18,060 nucleotides of DNA. It comes from a candidate division WOR-3 bacterium (GTDB lineage: Bacteria > Hydrothermota > Hydrothermia > LBFQ01 > DSFT01). Below the pieces are notes generated by a model. That model was not told the DNA's origin. It saw only the letters and a program-made list of their open reading frames with translations, and ran no database searches. Position 1 is the stretch's first letter. Each line of letters opens with the position of its first letter. Positions 16,731 through 18,060 of the stretch are shown in pieces. The position numbers were made by a program, and so were the translations under genes. The DNA is taken from positions 1-18,060 of the forward strand of contig CBFGJN010000041.1 of NCBI GenBank assembly GCA_965649115.1, given 5' to 3'.

Positions 16731-17000
16731 ATGGCAAAGAAGAAAAAAATTAAAAAAGAAGAAAAGCCAAGAGTTGTAGAAATAAAAGCGTACGGTGATA
16801 CAAAAGAAGAAATTGAAGAATTTACAAGGAGGGAATGGGAGGCAAGGAAGGAAATAATGGAGAGAGGACATGACCCTGAATTTTGGAAAGAAGTTTATGA
16901 AGAATTTTTTAAAGAACCATTTCCTTACCCCGAAGAAAAGGATATGAAAAAAATAGATGAGATATTTGACAAAAAACACAAAGAATTTTTTGAAAAATGA
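16731..17000 (+). CDS. Small, highly charged hypothetical protein (89 aa)
   Basis: MAKKKK start, purine-rich coding-like composition, -10 box just upstream; no family recognised. Confidence 0.7.
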   Translation: MAKKKKIKKEEKPRVVEIKAYGDTKEEIEEFTRREWEARKEIMERGHDPEFWKEVYEEFFKEPFPYPEEKDMKKIDEIFDKKHKEFFEK

Positions 17001-17044
17001 TTGATATAAAAATAAAAAATAGAAAATAAGACCCTTATGGAAAC

Positions 17045-17234
17045 TACTTTGTCCAAGAAATGGCTTTAAATACTTAATTATCAAAAACTTGTAGTTGATT
17101 GTCAATGACTTGTAAAATTTTTAAGAAAACTATTGATTTAATGGGGAGTTTAATTGGGGGGCTTCACCCCCCAGAGGCATAAGAATGGGAATTTATAAGA
17201 AATAATCATATTTTCATAATTATTGGACACAGCA
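17045..17234 (+). mobile_element. Degenerate MITE copy G
   Basis: Ends tactttgtccaa / aattattggacacagca; internal ggggggcttcacccccc and gaggcataagaatggg; no clear TSD. Confidence 0.8.
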
Positions 17235-17467
17235 TATAATCTAACAAATTAAACAATAACTTAATTAAACAAATTCTAAAATACTTATAAAAAATCATTT
17301 TTATTAACTTGATAATTTAAAGGCAATTTTAACCCTTTAATTTTAATTTAAATAAAGACTTTTTTCTAATAAATCAAATTAATTTTATTTTAATTAGATA
17401 AATTAAGATAAAAAGCTAATAAATTGATAAATTGAAAATTTAATCATTTTTCAATGTAGAAAGGTAT

Positions 17468-17532
17468 AGCCTTTAAAATTCTCATATTTCGGTAGGGAGC
17501 TTCGCCCCCTAATAATCCCCCCAACTAATAAC
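17468..17532 (-). mobile_element. Internal MITE fragment H
   Basis: gcctttaaaattctcatatttcgg...gcttcgccccctaataatcccccc aligns with the interior of copy D. Confidence 0.65.
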
Positions 17533-17544
17533 TCCACTTTTTTC

Positions 17545-17748
17545 TGCTTTGTCTAGTAATTATTGTTAGGTCTTTGATTATCAACGACTTATAAAAATTT
17601 TAAGAAAATTATATATTTCACGAGGGGTTTTGAGGGGGGCAAAGCCCCCCAAGGCATAAGAATGGGGATTTATAAGGCGAAGCCTTATTTTCAGGGTGGG
17701 TGGGGAAAATAAGAAAAATAAATAATTTCCGAATTACTGGACACAGCA
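17545..17748 (+). mobile_element. MITE-like element, full copy I (204 bp)
   Basis: TIRs tgctttgtctagtaatt / aattactggacacagca; flanking 9-mers acttttttc (17536-17544) and aattttttc (17749-17757). Confidence 0.92.
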
Positions 17749-18060
17749 AATTTTTTCTTGTCTTAAAAAATCAAATTAAAATTTTTTTAAATTGATAAAT
17801 TATTAAATTTTATTTTTTAAAATAATTTTTATAAATTGACTTTTTAATTTGCTAAATTAAGGCATAAATTAAATAACTTATTGATTATCAATAATTTAGA
17901 CCTTGTCACAAACCCCCCTCTTTTTTAAAAATTTCCATTTTTCAAAACTTTAATTTTAATCAGGCAAATTAAAATTTAGTATTTATAAGGAATTTAGATA
18001 TATTTTAAGTTATTGGTTTTCAATAACTTATAAAATTTTTTATTTTAAAAGCTTATCAGA

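Noticed and set aside
15647..17105. ORFs 15647..15838, 16533..16721 and 16704..17105
   Set aside because: 16533..16721 is a chance frame within MITE copy F with no transposase motifs; the other two are antisense shadows.
17235..18060. Possible oriC or dif site
   Set aside because: No TTATCCACA-type DnaA boxes or XerC/XerD dif consensus seen; the 18006-18030 palindrome matches the MITE interior instead.

Overview
AT-rich bacterial chromosomal segment. Genes: the 3' part of a type I restriction-modification specificity gene (hsdS) with at least three TRDs separated by a near-identical 212-bp direct repeat; uvrB, a hypothetical gene and tkt on the minus strand; a GlmL/MutL-like ASKHA ATPase; an inositol monophosphatase (suhB) with no canonical start codon; a WG-repeat protein; a GT2 glycosyltransferase; tRNA-Gln(TTG); ispH-phnE-phnE; a frameshifted HExxH pseudogene; and small hypothetical genes. 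Almost every intergenic gap holds copies or remnants of one ~205-bp MITE-like element with 17-bp terminal inverted repeats, 9-bp target duplications, a double IHF-like palindrome and hairpins with 3-nt loops. At five loci the element end lies 22-24 bp upstream of a TAAAAT/TAAACT -10-like box, mostly of an apparently leaderless gene, and copies stack in tandem at the same 9-bp target. This suggests promoter-anchored, repeated insertion. All coordinates and alignments were read by eye.
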